Origin: an uncultured Nitrososphaerales archaeon
GTDB lineage: Archaea > Thermoproteota > Nitrososphaeria > Nitrososphaerales > Nitrososphaeraceae
Direction of reading: 5' to 3'
Assembly (NCBI GenBank): GCA_963713605.1
Contig: CAVQMO010000003.1
Location: 1 to 64,000 of the forward strand
Length of the DNA stretch: 64,000 bases
Below, one piece after another: positions 1 through 10,534 of this stretch. The stretch's first letter is position 1, and every line of letters starts with the position of its first letter. The position numbers and the translations under genes were made by a program. The notes below the pieces were generated by a model that made no database searches, was not told where the DNA came from, and worked only from the letters and a program-made list of their open reading frames with translations.

Positions 1-488
1 GAAACTTTAAATTCATACACCCCTGATACCCTTTAGTTCATGAATCTCGACTCGCTATAACTAAATGTAATGAGGTAACGTGTAGGACTAGTAAGCCAAA
101 CGTATGGATCTTGTGCAGCAGCAACAACAACGAACTCGCAGCGACAACAAGAACAACAACAGCAAGGATATGGCCTTGGCACTAGAGGCGCAACTGGTAC
201 AAACTGTTGATGTACATAAGTAGGTAGTTATTCAATCGATTTTTCCTTTCACTTTTTGCAAAGTTGGACAGTCGATATACCGGTAGAATAGTCTTACAAA
301 CAAAACTTTAGAAATAGTCTAACTTATGTTCCAGTAATCGGAAAGGAGTAGACAACTCTTTCTGACCTTTTTCTAAGAAATGATGACAGTATCGGTAATA
401 GTTGATAGATAAAACTAAAAAGTCTAATTAATCATGAGTGGCCACACATTTACTCCGAGTGTAAAAGTAGAACATGTAATATCATTTA

Positions 489-872
489 GTGATGCATATT
501 AAGGGTTCGCACATCTCAATGGTTTATCTTAATCTTATATTTTTGCTCTTCATTACACTATTATCATTAACAACTTGTTTTATAATAAACTACTCATCGT
601 ACCAGATACCGTATATCATTTACTGGATAGTTGTAATTATGACAAGTACATTACTTGTGTTAATTTGGTGGTATGCCACAAAAGGGCATCGATTAGTAGA
701 CAAACACATGCATCCATTATTCATAAAGGGTACCTTCTTTGGTCTTGTATCTGTACCCATAATTTTTGGGGTTTCCATAATTATCTCGTTTATTAATCTA
801 GACGTTGCCCAATATTCCTGGTTAAGTATTATCCCAATTAATATCTGGATTAGACGCAAGTATAGACACTAA
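489..872 (+). CDS. Hypothetical membrane protein (about 4 TM segments)
   Basis: 127-aa ORF with hydrophobic stretches; T tract just downstream. Confidence 0.5.
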   Translation: MMHIKGSHISMVYLNLIFLLFITLLSLTTCFIINYSSYQIPYIIYWIVVIMTSTLLVLIWWYATKGHRLVDKHMHPLFIKGTFFGLVSVPIIFGVSIIISFINLDVAQYSWLSIIPINIWIRRKYRH

Positions 873-1087
873 GGATATGGTTCACTGCGGGTGCCGTTTT
901 TTATTTGTAACAGGCGAGCACATACTCGGCAAAACTAATCATGAGTATAAGATCGCTTGCACCATAGCTTATCATAGAACAAATGTGTCAAGATTATCAG
1001 CCTCTGAGAGCAGAATAACGAACGGTTCTCAGTTATAAATAGAGCACCGCGCGAAACCCATATCTGACATGTGCGTCATAGAATGTC

Positions 1088-1441
1088 ATGTCCAAAGCCG
1101 ATCTTCACCAGAGACTTAAGAGAGCATACGAGATAACACTTAGTGTTAAAGGTAGAAAGTCAGGTAGAGACATTCGTAGGCCAGTCTGGTTTGTGCATGA
1201 ACGTAACACTTTATATCTGCTTCCAGTTCAGGGCTCTGACACAAACTGGTATAAGAACCTACTAATCTATCCCACACTAAAGATTTCTATAAATGGTGTA
1301 GAAATATCTGAAAGTGGTAAACCAATAACGGACGGTAATAGTGTCGACGATATCGTGGGGAAATTCAGGTCTAAATATGGCGAAGGGGATGTGAAAAGGT
1401 ATTATCCAAAAACTGATGTAGCCGTTGAAGTTCCCCTCTAA
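1088..1441 (+). CDS. Deazaflavin(F420)-dependent nitroreductase-like split-barrel protein
   Basis: Motifs GRKSGRDIRRPVW and TNWYKNL resemble the GRxSG..R..P and W..NL motifs of the Ddn-like family. Confidence 0.75.
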   Translation: MSKADLHQRLKRAYEITLSVKGRKSGRDIRRPVWFVHERNTLYLLPVQGSDTNWYKNLLIYPTLKISINGVEISESGKPITDGNSVDDIVGKFRSKYGEGDVKRYYPKTDVAVEVPL

Positions 1442-1557
1442 CAGATCCCGCTGGGAACTAGCCACCCAATCTTAAAATAACAAAAAGCCTAGGATGTCTC
1501 TGCAGTTGTGGAACTAACTAGTATATGCCAGTCATGATTCTACTCATAGTAACAATA

Positions 1558-2267
1558 TTAATCCTGAAAGTCATTCCAGTATGTAGGTTCTGAGCGCACT
1601 AATGGTCACATGATTGAAGCAAGATCCGCTGCCGATCTATCTACGTAACCAGTTCCGTGAAACGGCAGGACAGTTGCGACCGGTCGATCAAAAGCTTAGC
1701 CATTGTCTCCGTAATTCAGCATCATCTACACTAGTATCTATCGGCGGCCTGATCAGACGTTCCATACCGGCTTTTGCCTGGTCGACCGAGGTGCCAGTTG
1801 CTGAATCGCCGGTAAGAATAAGTCCCCCGTTATTAGTTGAATACAACATGGTAGAGCCGGCTGTTTGACCGGGAAATAGCAATGCCTCAACACTGAATTC
1901 ATTTAGGACTCGATGACCTATAGGGTTCTCGAAATGTAAGCCTGAGGCCATTGCCTGCTGATGTCTGGCATCAATCGGATGAAGCAATAATGGAATATTG
2001 AATTCGGTCCCTACGTCACTTAAAGTATCTCCTAAACCTACAACGTGTCTATGTGTGATCACCAAGGCAGCTGGTGAAAACCCATTATCAGACAACTGTC
2101 GAACAAAAGGAAGTAGAGATGAAACATTCGTATCCACCAGCAGCAGGCGTCCAGCATTCAGCAGAGCATACGTATTTGTCGAAAGGTGGAGTCTCCTCTG
2201 CTCCAGGATCGCTATATTCGATCAAAACGATGTCAGGGCGTAGGTGAGTCATCTGTGGCTGGGACAT
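1558..2267 (-). pseudogene. MBL-fold metallo-hydrolase-like gene, interrupted
   Basis: Joined frames give LLLVDT..LVITHRH..PGQTAGS..LTGDS..LPFHG; frameshifts near 2170 and 1692 and an in-frame TGA near 1608. Confidence 0.65.
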
Positions 2268-2393
2268 ACCTCGAAATGATCTAGACACGCTAAAATGCAT
2301 AAGAACATGAGAATTATTTAAGTAATCGGCGATAATTGAAGTCTGAAGCAAATTTTCAATCTAAGTTAGTTGAGACGGATGAGCACGTAACCT

Positions 2394-2660
2394 TTATTTC
2401 AATCCTTCTAAACCCATTGCCATATTGTCAACGCATTGGTGTTGTTCTTCGGTCATGTTTTGCATTGTGGCTCCGCATTTGGCCATTCGACCTAATACCC
2501 CAGAATTTTGTGAATTTTCTATTATGTTCTGTATTGAACCTAGAGTCGAAACTGATTTGTTGTTTATCAGTGACCCGTTTGGTGCAGTCGAGGCTAGCAC
2601 ATTGGATAACGGAAGTAGCAGTAACATGCAAAGAATAAACCACATCATAGAACTATTCAT
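2394..2660 (-). CDS. Small secreted protein with LGRM-x2-CG...C motif
   Basis: Signal peptide ending VLA, two Cys in the mature part; motif shared with 7283..7612. Confidence 0.55.
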   Translation of the reverse strand: MNSSMMWFILCMLLLLPLSNVLASTAPNGSLINNKSVSTLGSIQNIIENSQNSGVLGRMAKCGATMQNMTEEQHQCVDNMAMGLEGLK

Positions 2661-3886
2661 TTCTAATAACTACCACTGCTCTGCAGCTCTGAAACATTAG
2701 TCTGACTCTGATTAAGTTCTTCTTCGATTTGAGGAGCATATTTCTCGCCTTTGCTCAAAGATTCAAGAATAAATAACCTCGTAGAATCTCTAAAGAGCTT
2801 TCCCTTTAACCCAAGACTTTTGAAGTTGGATCGACATATTGCATCAGGTGTGCGCTAATTATAATTAAATGATTAGGACCCAGGCAATAAGGGAACCATT
2901 AATATACACCTAAGACTAGGTAAGAAATGTTGCAATATCACTAGTGATTCATTCGTAAAAAAACTGTTACCAATGCAGCGCTATTATTATTCATCATCTT
3001 CCTCTAGTCAACAATTTTCTTTTCCAACCTATAAACACGCTTGTAAGTTCACTTATCCTATTAGTAGTTTCGTCTAAATAACTACCAATACCGTATCGTA
3101 CTGTGCCTGAATACGAGGTACTCTCAAAAGACTGCATTCGTGTTAGGCGTTTAGGTGTGGTCTGCTTTCACTACACACCTTACTCACCTATCTACTGATA
3201 TCTATCTTGTTATCGCTAAGAATGAAAATGAAGAGAACCAAGTTCCGGCTTTCCTTTATACTTCGTAGTTTCAGGTATACTACAACTAGCTTGAATGATA
3301 TGTAGGGCAGGTCCAGGTTCTTTACTATCTGTAGTTTTGTATTGACTCACATGGGTAAAACTAAGTTCAAGAGACTCGACTTAAGATCTCTTCAAGTTTG
3401 AAAGGGCGTAAACCCTGGAAATGTCAGTAATCGTCATATCCCACAGTCCACCTCGAAATCCTTTTGTTCGAATACCCTTTTTCATCTGGTCCAGCAATGC
3501 TAAAGCACGGTCAAGTTTGGTGTAGAGTATCTTGAAATATGCTAGTTCCTGTTGTTGTTATATGTATAAGTTATACTGCGATCACCCGGAGCAGTACAGA
3601 AGGGCAGTCATGCAAGCAGTTAAGAATACTGTAAGTGGTAACAGATCCGATCCGGAGCCGCCGCCAACGAAGGAGTTCACACTCCCCTAGAGTGTTCAGC
3701 GGTTATTAGAGGATGAATCAAGGGGGAATGCCACTAAAGAAAGCGGGGGGTGCTACTCATTCATACTAAACTCGGAGATCATTCTATCAAGACTTCGTAG
3801 CATAATTCTGTGATCATAAGTTCACTGGCTTACATTAAGTATTTATTAAATATCATGATACCGTTTACGCCGGAGTCGAAAATGCC

Positions 3887-4228
3887 ATGAAGGAAATACA
3901 AATATTTGTTCCGGATCAAGCGCTGAATGATGTAAATGACATTCTTAAGGAGTCACAAGTTGGAGGAATGAGTCATTATAGGATCCACGGCAGAGGAAGT
4001 GCAATATCAGAAGAAGTCGGTCTGCAGACCGGTACAATGAGGTATACACCTGAATACAATCCGAGAACAAAGATCGAAGTTGTCGTTAGAGATGACCAAG
4101 TTGATAGCCTGCTTCACAAGATTGTAGACAAACTACGTGCTAGTGATATTATTGGAAAGATATTTGTGATAGATGTTCCTATTGCAGTGGATATAAGATC
4201 AAACAAGACAGGAGAATCGGCACTTTAA
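3887..4228 (+). CDS. P-II family signalling protein (GlnB/GlnK-like, divergent)
   Basis: 113 aa; GRG, KIEVVV, GKIFV, IRSNKTGESAL. Confidence 0.9.
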   Translation: MKEIQIFVPDQALNDVNDILKESQVGGMSHYRIHGRGSAISEEVGLQTGTMRYTPEYNPRTKIEVVVRDDQVDSLLHKIVDKLRASDIIGKIFVIDVPIAVDIRSNKTGESAL

Positions 4229-4419
4229 GTTCGAGTTCTGCACCTCGATATAACTTGGATATGTTAGGTGAGAAACAACTAGTAGCCAGGTAACCTGTCT
4301 AAAGTCTAGAATTCAATCAATCGTAAAGACGAATGAAAGACTTGGACCATCCTTAGAATAAGGCAGGATACTTAGACCATTTTCAGATTATAAAGACAGA
4401 ATGCTAAGATGAAAATGTG

Positions 4420-4926
4420 TCATACTACTGGTTTATAGTCCTTTGCTGACTCCGGACGCGTTCCAGTGCTGCCTGCTTGTTGGCCTCGAGTCGAGCCCAA
4501 GGAATGATCCTCACTAAAATAGTCTTGCAAAGAAAGTCCTGAATAGGCAGGAAGCGCAACGTACATGTTACCTAGAGTTATAGTTAACTGATGCAATTCG
4601 CGTAGGCAGTCTTTCTGCAAATGACCATCAGTGGGATGATCATGATATATCTGCCAAAGGTCTCTTTGATATTTTCTCACTTCGTCTGCTCGATTAAAGA
4701 ACTCGGCGATGAAAGCAGTTCTGTGTTTTTGTAGATAAGCAAGTCTTGTTCCTACACTCTTCTTGATGTTCCTTTTAACTGTATAGAGATATGCCATCGA
4801 AATGTCTTGCTTCATTCTATCCTTGACGTACGCCTGGGTTTCTTCCATAGTAAACCGCTGTACTTCAGACTCTATTAGCAACTGTTTGATGTATTCTCTT
4901 TGACAGCGTGAGAACTTGCCAGTCAT
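4420..4926 (-). CDS. Hypothetical helical protein, possible N-terminal HTH
   Basis: 168-aa ORF with coding-like composition; no catalytic motif recognised. Confidence 0.55.
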   Translation of the reverse strand: MTGKFSRCQREYIKQLLIESEVQRFTMEETQAYVKDRMKQDISMAYLYTVKRNIKKSVGTRLAYLQKHRTAFIAEFFNRADEVRKYQRDLWQIYHDHPTDGHLQKDCLRELHQLTITLGNMYVALPAYSGLSLQDYFSEDHSLGSTRGQQAGSTGTRPESAKDYKPVV

Positions 4927-5150
4927 TTCCTCTCATTATTTGTACTTTCTGATGCTTATGTCTTACTGCTCCTACATGTGTCGTGTAGTATACTATCAGT
5001 TCGTCACGAGTCATTGTATATACTTTCTATACGGAAAGAGTATTCTGTTGTATATTTGATGTTCCTGCACTAGATTTGATGTTTCTGCATCAGTCGCAAA
5101 TGCTGGGGTGCAAGGTATACCATCACATTAGATGAAATCTGTCGATCGAT

Positions 5151-5792
5151 TTATTCGCCTTGCTTAACTTTTAATCTGATAGAAATCATTGTTTCATCAT
5201 ATTCTATCTCGTATTCTATGAAGTTTCGTAGACGTGTGAAAAATTGAGTGAACATTTTATTCCAAAAATAAGAGCAATTTTCTCCCAAGTTATGTCTAAT
5301 TAGAACCTGAAAAGTGTCCGATGTAGTAGTATTAACACCGCCTACACTACCATTACTATAATAAGGGATTGTACTCAATCCCTCCTTGCTTTCTTTAAAA
5401 CCAGCGTCTTTTGTAAAGTTACTAGTTGCCATAACCCTTGCGTCTGTGCCCATAAAGTATTTGGCTATCTTAACGATAACATCCAGCAAGGCTTGTAAAT
5501 TTAATTCGCCCCATAAAAGACGGGCACCATGCTCTAGTTCTATTGCCCAATGGTTTGTTAGTTCGTCTAAATCCTCCTTGCTGGTATATGAGAATAATGA
5601 ATGTAGAGCCTCCTTGGGTACAGCAACCGTTTGAGTAGAGGCTAATGGTATAAAAAACTCTGTCTGAGTGTTAATCACAGAACTAATGTACGCACTAACA
5701 CTCAAACCTTTGCTTTTCGCAAAACTCTCGACTATGTTAAAATCATTCTCGCTTATTCTTAAGGTTATGACTCTATCTTTTTTCTTGGGCAT
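5151..5792 (-). CDS. Ribbon-helix-helix regulator with C-terminal putative ligand-binding domain
   Basis: N-terminal VITLRISE..AKSKGLSVSAYI RHH pattern; C-terminal IRHNLGENCSYF. Confidence 0.7.
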   Translation of the reverse strand: MPKKKDRVITLRISENDFNIVESFAKSKGLSVSAYISSVINTQTEFFIPLASTQTVAVPKEALHSLFSYTSKEDLDELTNHWAIELEHGARLLWGELNLQALLDVIVKIAKYFMGTDARVMATSNFTKDAGFKESKEGLSTIPYYSNGSVGGVNTTTSDTFQVLIRHNLGENCSYFWNKMFTQFFTRLRNFIEYEIEYDETMISIRLKVKQGE

Positions 5793-5811
5793 GTATGATT
5801 AACCGTATTAA

Positions 5812-6267
5812 ATGTATTCATTGTATTCATTTTTAAGTTTTAGTTTCATTCTATTTTATAAATATGAACACGAAAAGGGTATTAATAACAAAAAATTGAA
5901 AACAGAAAACGTATCTATAGAAGATGTATACGAAGCGTTATCTGACAACAAGGCCCAGAATGGTAGATATTCTCTGACTCTATTAGGTAAGATGATTTAT
6001 GACACTCACATTGCGACATGTAGAATACTTAGTTACCACTGGAAACTCAAGGCAATAGAATCTATTCAAGCCTCTGCTCCTGGATGCGCTAGACTACCAG
6101 TAGAAGAGTTTTCTAAAGTGGTTGACACCTTGATAGATGATCCAAAAATAAAGAATTTCATAACGAAAACAATAGTCCTCCCCCCTCCATTGACAAACAG
6201 TGAGAAGCGTCCAAGACAACAACAGGAAGAAGTGCAAACAATCAACGTATTAGCAAGGATGGTATAA
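5812..6267 (+). pseudogene. wHTH regulator paralogue with in-frame deletion of the HTH core
   Basis: Aligns with 56765..57268 (LSDxKA, NGxYSxTxxGK, YHWKLKAIxS) but lacks about 44 intervening residues; true start probably downstream of 5812. Confidence 0.65.
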
Positions 6268-6979
6268 CCTACCTCCACGAGGGATAATAACAAACTCTTT
6301 TATGCTTACTTGCCTGAGATAGATGAACAGCCATATATGTAATACTGACAGTTTTGACCGTTGTTCTTTTTATTATGTTTGCGGCACTTATTGTGATTCA
6401 CTCGGCATTCGCAAGCGAAGCAAGAATTCGACTATCAGACGACTGCAATAAAAGGAACTTTTATTGCCAAGCACAAACAAATAGATATTTCCTTACATGC
6501 CGGTGTTCCTATACTTTCACTCGATGAGTAAGTTTACTGAAGATGATCTAAAGAAGAGTCAAGGAACCTAGAGATGAACTAGGCGTTAAGGTCCTCAATA
6601 CCTTTTATGATATATACTCTGGCACGATGTTTTGTTTACGCAAGTTAGCCTTTGGTATATTGGGTGGTATGTGGAAAAAGCAACAGATACTAACAGTCAT
6701 TAATACAAAGATAACTCTATTCCTGATAGAGAACAAGTCGTAGTATTTGACTTTGAAAAGGGTTTACAAAAAGTACAACCACTAATCTATGAAAAAATGC
6801 AAAAGGCAAAGACAAACTGAACGTCGTGAATTAGTAACACTGACTAATGGTTCTAATCAATTATAAGAATATGCTAGGAATAAGCATTGAAAACTTGGAA
6901 CATTAACCAATAACTATGGAGATCATATGAAATCCGCCAGATTTCTTTTAACCAATGAATGATCATAACTGTTATGTCA

Positions 6980-7234
6980 ATGAGTCGGGGACTGAGAAAT
7001 GTCCTAGACATTCTTGCGGAACTAGCGCACAATGACACTGAAGCAGACGTATTCGAAAGTAATTTAGTATCAAAAAGCGGGGTTCCGAAATCAGAGGTTC
7101 AAATCTACTTAAAACGAATTAGAGTCTCGGTGCCTCGCCGAGGAAGTACGACCTAGACCTAGCGGTGTAGACTTCAGGCTATGGAGGAAAAAGAAATAAG
7201 GGTTAGAGGCGTTAGAAAATCAGGACCTCAAATA
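6980..7234 (+). pseudogene. Small wHTH-like gene, frameshifted
   Basis: MSRGLRNVLDILAEL..SGVPKSEVQIYL continues in another frame as NELESRCLAEEV..FRLWR. Confidence 0.35.
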
Positions 7235-7282
7235 AGATACGCCTAATATATTCCAGCGATACCCGACATATAATGGTAGGAA

Positions 7283-7612
7283 ATGACTAAGGGAGACGAT
7301 CTAATCATTATTGGACTTATTAGCATGATTCTATTCCTAGGACTAAAGATACAACCGGCGTTTAGTCAGTCGCTTATAGAAAATGTTTCAAGCGGAAATA
7401 GCAGTTCCGTTAGTAATATTACAGGGGAATCATTAGCAGAGAAGGTTGTAGATCCAGAGTCACTAATACTCGGCACACCTGATCAAGCCGGAGAGAATGA
7501 CACACTAGGTCGAATGATTGGTGAATGCGGAATAATCGAGCCCAGTAGTGAGATGGAAGAAGGTGAAGAAATCGGTGAGTGTCAAGAAAGAATTCTTAAT
7601 ACGACGGACTGA
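7283..7612 (+). CDS. Small secreted acidic protein with LGRM-x3-CG...C motif
   Basis: Signal peptide (PAFS), several N-x-S/T sequons, two Cys. Confidence 0.6.
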   Translation: MTKGDDLIIIGLISMILFLGLKIQPAFSQSLIENVSSGNSSSVSNITGESLAEKVVDPESLILGTPDQAGENDTLGRMIGECGIIEPSSEMEEGEEIGECQERILNTTD

Positions 7613-8083
7613 CATCGCCACAAACAAAGAAGAAGGCTAACTATAGATATTTTGCACTTGCAACCCTCTGTAGTAATGGACATCTAAGACCACGTCGAGA
7701 AGAGGATAGATAGCCCAAGCATTACTTGGGTTTAGAGGTGTATTACGACGAAAAAGACACGAGTCATGATGCCTTATTTGATAGTCTTAGGATGTATTCG
7801 ATGTTCTGACAGTAGAGCCCGAATGTCTGACTCCGATAGAGCACGCCTCTATTTGCGTTTGAGTGTTTTCGAACCGGCCTTCATGTCTCAATCTATGGGG
7901 TTTGTCGTGGAGAAGCAAACCTCTTTCTTACCAATAATGCGACTATGGATGTACCTACGAAGGTGGCATTTAAGGAGTGACCTGAGAAGTAGCATTATCA
8001 TTAGGATAAGCAGGTTGATATCCATTTATTCGCTAGGATATACTATCCTTTTTAGTTAGTTCCTCGCTCGGAAATATATCAAA

Positions 8084-8185
8084 ATGGCTATCTGTAAACG
8101 ATGCGGCAGAAACCGACCGTGTTATCTTTCTTTTTGTTACTGCGAGTTGAAAGGTCAAATTGTTCCCGAAGGAGTCTTTGAGTAA
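8084..8185 (+). CDS. 33-aa Cys-rich microprotein MAICKRCGRNRPCYLSFCYCELKGQIVPEGVFE
   Basis: Translated by hand; stop overlaps the next start (TAATG); 5 Cys including CxxC. Confidence 0.45.
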   Translation: MAICKRCGRNRPCYLSFCYCELKGQIVPEGVFE

Positions 8186-8370
8186 TGACTGTCGCTATCG
8201 AGAATGAAGACAGAGGGGATAACAAGATTCCTTGTCCAACTTGTAAGCACCCAATGGATATTCATTATTTCACAAAGGACGGAGAAGAGAGGATAAGATG
8301 TCGAAGCATGGATTGTAAATGTGTCAGTTTGGTGGGTCATGATCCAGAAGGTATATTAGATGAACTCTAA
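8185..8370 (+). CDS. Small Zn-binding protein (CxxCxH...H...C-x4-CxC)
   Basis: CPTCKHPMDIH..CRSMDCKC. Confidence 0.55.
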   Translation: MTVAIENEDRGDNKIPCPTCKHPMDIHYFTKDGEERIRCRSMDCKCVSLVGHDPEGILDEL

Positions 8371-8456
8371 AAACTTCACATGATGACCTCTTCGATGCAT
8401 TTCGAATGAGCCTATTATTCTGGCATTAATCGAGTCAGTTTTACTTTCTTGTGAGA

Positions 8457-9127
8457 CTATTTAGCGATAATATACGTAAGGATGGCTCCATCTCGTACTC
8501 TTTCAAAACCCGTACCCGGTCCACAACCTAGGCCAAATGTATTTGTAGGCGGATCATAACCAAAAAGTTCGCATTCCCCTGCTCGAGGTCCTTGAGATAG
8601 CCCTGGAGGCGGAGGATTTACAAAAGAGGCCTCAATCGAAAAAGAAGGCGCCAACACAACCGGTGAGGTGTCGGGGTTGAACGGGATTCCCGGGGGTCTA
8701 GGAGCACCAGGATTCCATCCTGCTGCGTGTCCTTCTGCATCATCATGAAGAGTAACGATAGTCTGATGTGTATCACCTGGCGGTCCTTGCGGTCCTTGTA
8801 TTCCTTGAGGACCCTGTGGGCCTGCCGGTCCCTGTTCTCCAGGAGGACCTTGGGGACCAGGAGTTCCCCCATCATTACCATCATCATCAATATTTATCGT
8901 ACATCGATTACATATTATCTGTCCACGGTCATGCCCCTGTATACTCATACTCATACCCTCTATAGGAATATCAGAATGGTGTGAACTAGTATCTACCAAT
9001 GCGAATAATTGTTGTGGTATCGAGACAAAGAATGCACTACCGCTCAAGAGTACCTAACGTCAAGAGAAACATTAGGCCGACCGTGCATGATAGTACCAAT
9101 TACATCAGAATAGTATGCCAAAACCAT
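8457..9127 (-). CDS. Secreted collagen-like protein
   Basis: About 10 Gly-X-Y triplets ([30 protein letters not shown]); removing single extra bases beside GTAC at 9054 and 9097 restores an N-terminal hydrophobic leader from ATG 9127. Confidence 0.7.
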
Positions 9128-9225
9128 TTATTTCAATTAGGACAGATATTGATACCACTAATATCTTATTTATCTTCTATTTGTAGCATAGTAGCGTATT
9201 ATGAATACTGCAGTTCTGGCATTGA

Positions 9226-9696
9226 CTATATCGATTTAGACTCTGCTTTCGGCGCTACTTCTTTGTTTATGAAATTCTCAAAATCAGGAGGGAACCATCT
9301 TTCAGGTAGGTGTTGTTTCCATTGTTCAGCCAAAGTTCCATACTTAAAGCAGTTCCTCATCCACTGCAACCATCCTGTCCATTCATCATCATTGAGCACA
9401 TTTCTCTGACGCATCGAATATGCATGAGAACAAATAAACAAGATATAATAAGCAAATGCTACCTCATCTGATGGTTTTTCAAGTTTATAAATGACTCTTT
9501 GCATCGATGGTTTTTCAACTATGATTTCACACATTTTGCGAACCTTTTCATCCAAATCATTGAGAACCTTTGTTTGGATGTCTACAGAGAGACTCTGCAT
9601 TTGCTTTCTTGAAAAGTATAATATAACAAATAGAGTGGCCATAATTCCTATCGCTTGACCTATTCCGAATAGGCCTTCTAGACTCAACTCGGCCAT
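9226..9696 (-). CDS. Membrane-anchored helical protein (DUF4760/DUF6082-like)
   Basis: N-terminal TM, then AYSMRQRNVLNDDEWTGW..W..F.NFI pattern. Confidence 0.6.
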   Translation of the reverse strand: MAELSLEGLFGIGQAIGIMATLFVILYFSRKQMQSLSVDIQTKVLNDLDEKVRKMCEIIVEKPSMQRVIYKLEKPSDEVAFAYYILFICSHAYSMRQRNVLNDDEWTGWLQWMRNCFKYGTLAEQWKQHLPERWFPPDFENFINKEVAPKAESKSI

Positions 9697-10208
9697 GTCA
9701 TGTATGTCTGGGTTTTTGGATATCTGTATTTAGAAATATTGTTACGAGTTATTCTTAGTTGGAATAATTGCAAAGTGAATATACTAGTTTTTAGGATCTT
9801 CGACTATGATGATAAGATAGTGGGGAAGAAGTTACAATTATTGTCACTCGCCTGTCTCTCAGATAGACATGAGTATTGTATTCATAGATTTGCTGGTGGT
9901 ACTGGCTGCAAATGTAAGTGTAACTTTAAAAATAAAGTGAATTAAATTCATTTTAAATTGAGGATACTAAATTGGACTATTTTAGTATCCTACAAATCAT
10001 AACTTTTGTTACAAGAAGGACATGTATATCTGCTACCGCTGTTAACTATGAGAATCATTTCAAACTTACACTTAGGACAAATCATATCTTTGTTCTCTCT
10101 CTTACTACCCATTTAGGATCCCAAATTGAAATAGAAATTGAAAATTGATTCAATTTGTATTGAGTAAAAATTACTCAAATTATAATATTCTGAGTCAAAT
10201 TATCAGAG

Positions 10209-10290
10209 GGGGTTATTACTGGTCTACGAATGAAATTCTGTGCTAGGAAACATCCGCAGACCAGCAGTAGTGCCGTATAGTAATAACCCC
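10209..10290 (-). ncRNA. Candidate structured small RNA (two-helix hairpin)
   Basis: Perfect 12-bp terminal IR GGGGTTATTACT/AGTAATAACCCC plus an inner helix that pairs fully (with G-U) only on the minus strand; TTATTTA about 24 nt upstream. Confidence 0.45.
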
Positions 10291-10359
10291 GTATAGACAG
10301 GTGTGCATTAAACTAAATAAGCGGGCCAAATAGTTAGAGTAACTAACTAACTGCCTGGT

Positions 10360-10461
10360 ACTGACGACCTACTACCATCTGAAGAAGAGATAAATGAATG
10401 GACCCGAAAGTCAAGGAAGGAAGGAAGGCATATGCGGTATGGTAAATTGCTACAACAAGCA
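10360..10461 (+). repeat. Direct repeat, copy 1 (5' end of the Zn-finger gene at 12060)
   Basis: 10360-10440 identical to 12026-12106; similarity continues about 20 nt. Confidence 0.95.
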
Positions 10462-10534
10462 TTAGTCACATCATCTAACTTATGATCAGATATCAGCATA
10501 TTTTTAATCATCTTTTTGCCATAGGGTTTGTATC

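Noticed and set aside
104..210. CAA/CAG-rich short ORF
   Set aside because: Low-complexity fragment with no assignable family
3140..3195. Imperfect hairpin AGGTGTG/CACACCT
   Set aside because: No TATA box at the expected distance on either strand
3230..3530. Possible transposase remnant on the minus strand
   Set aside because: No DDE motif or terminal repeats recognisable
3580..3790. GC-richer segment upstream of P-II as a riboswitch
   Set aside because: Only a GCCACT hexamer; no convincing fold
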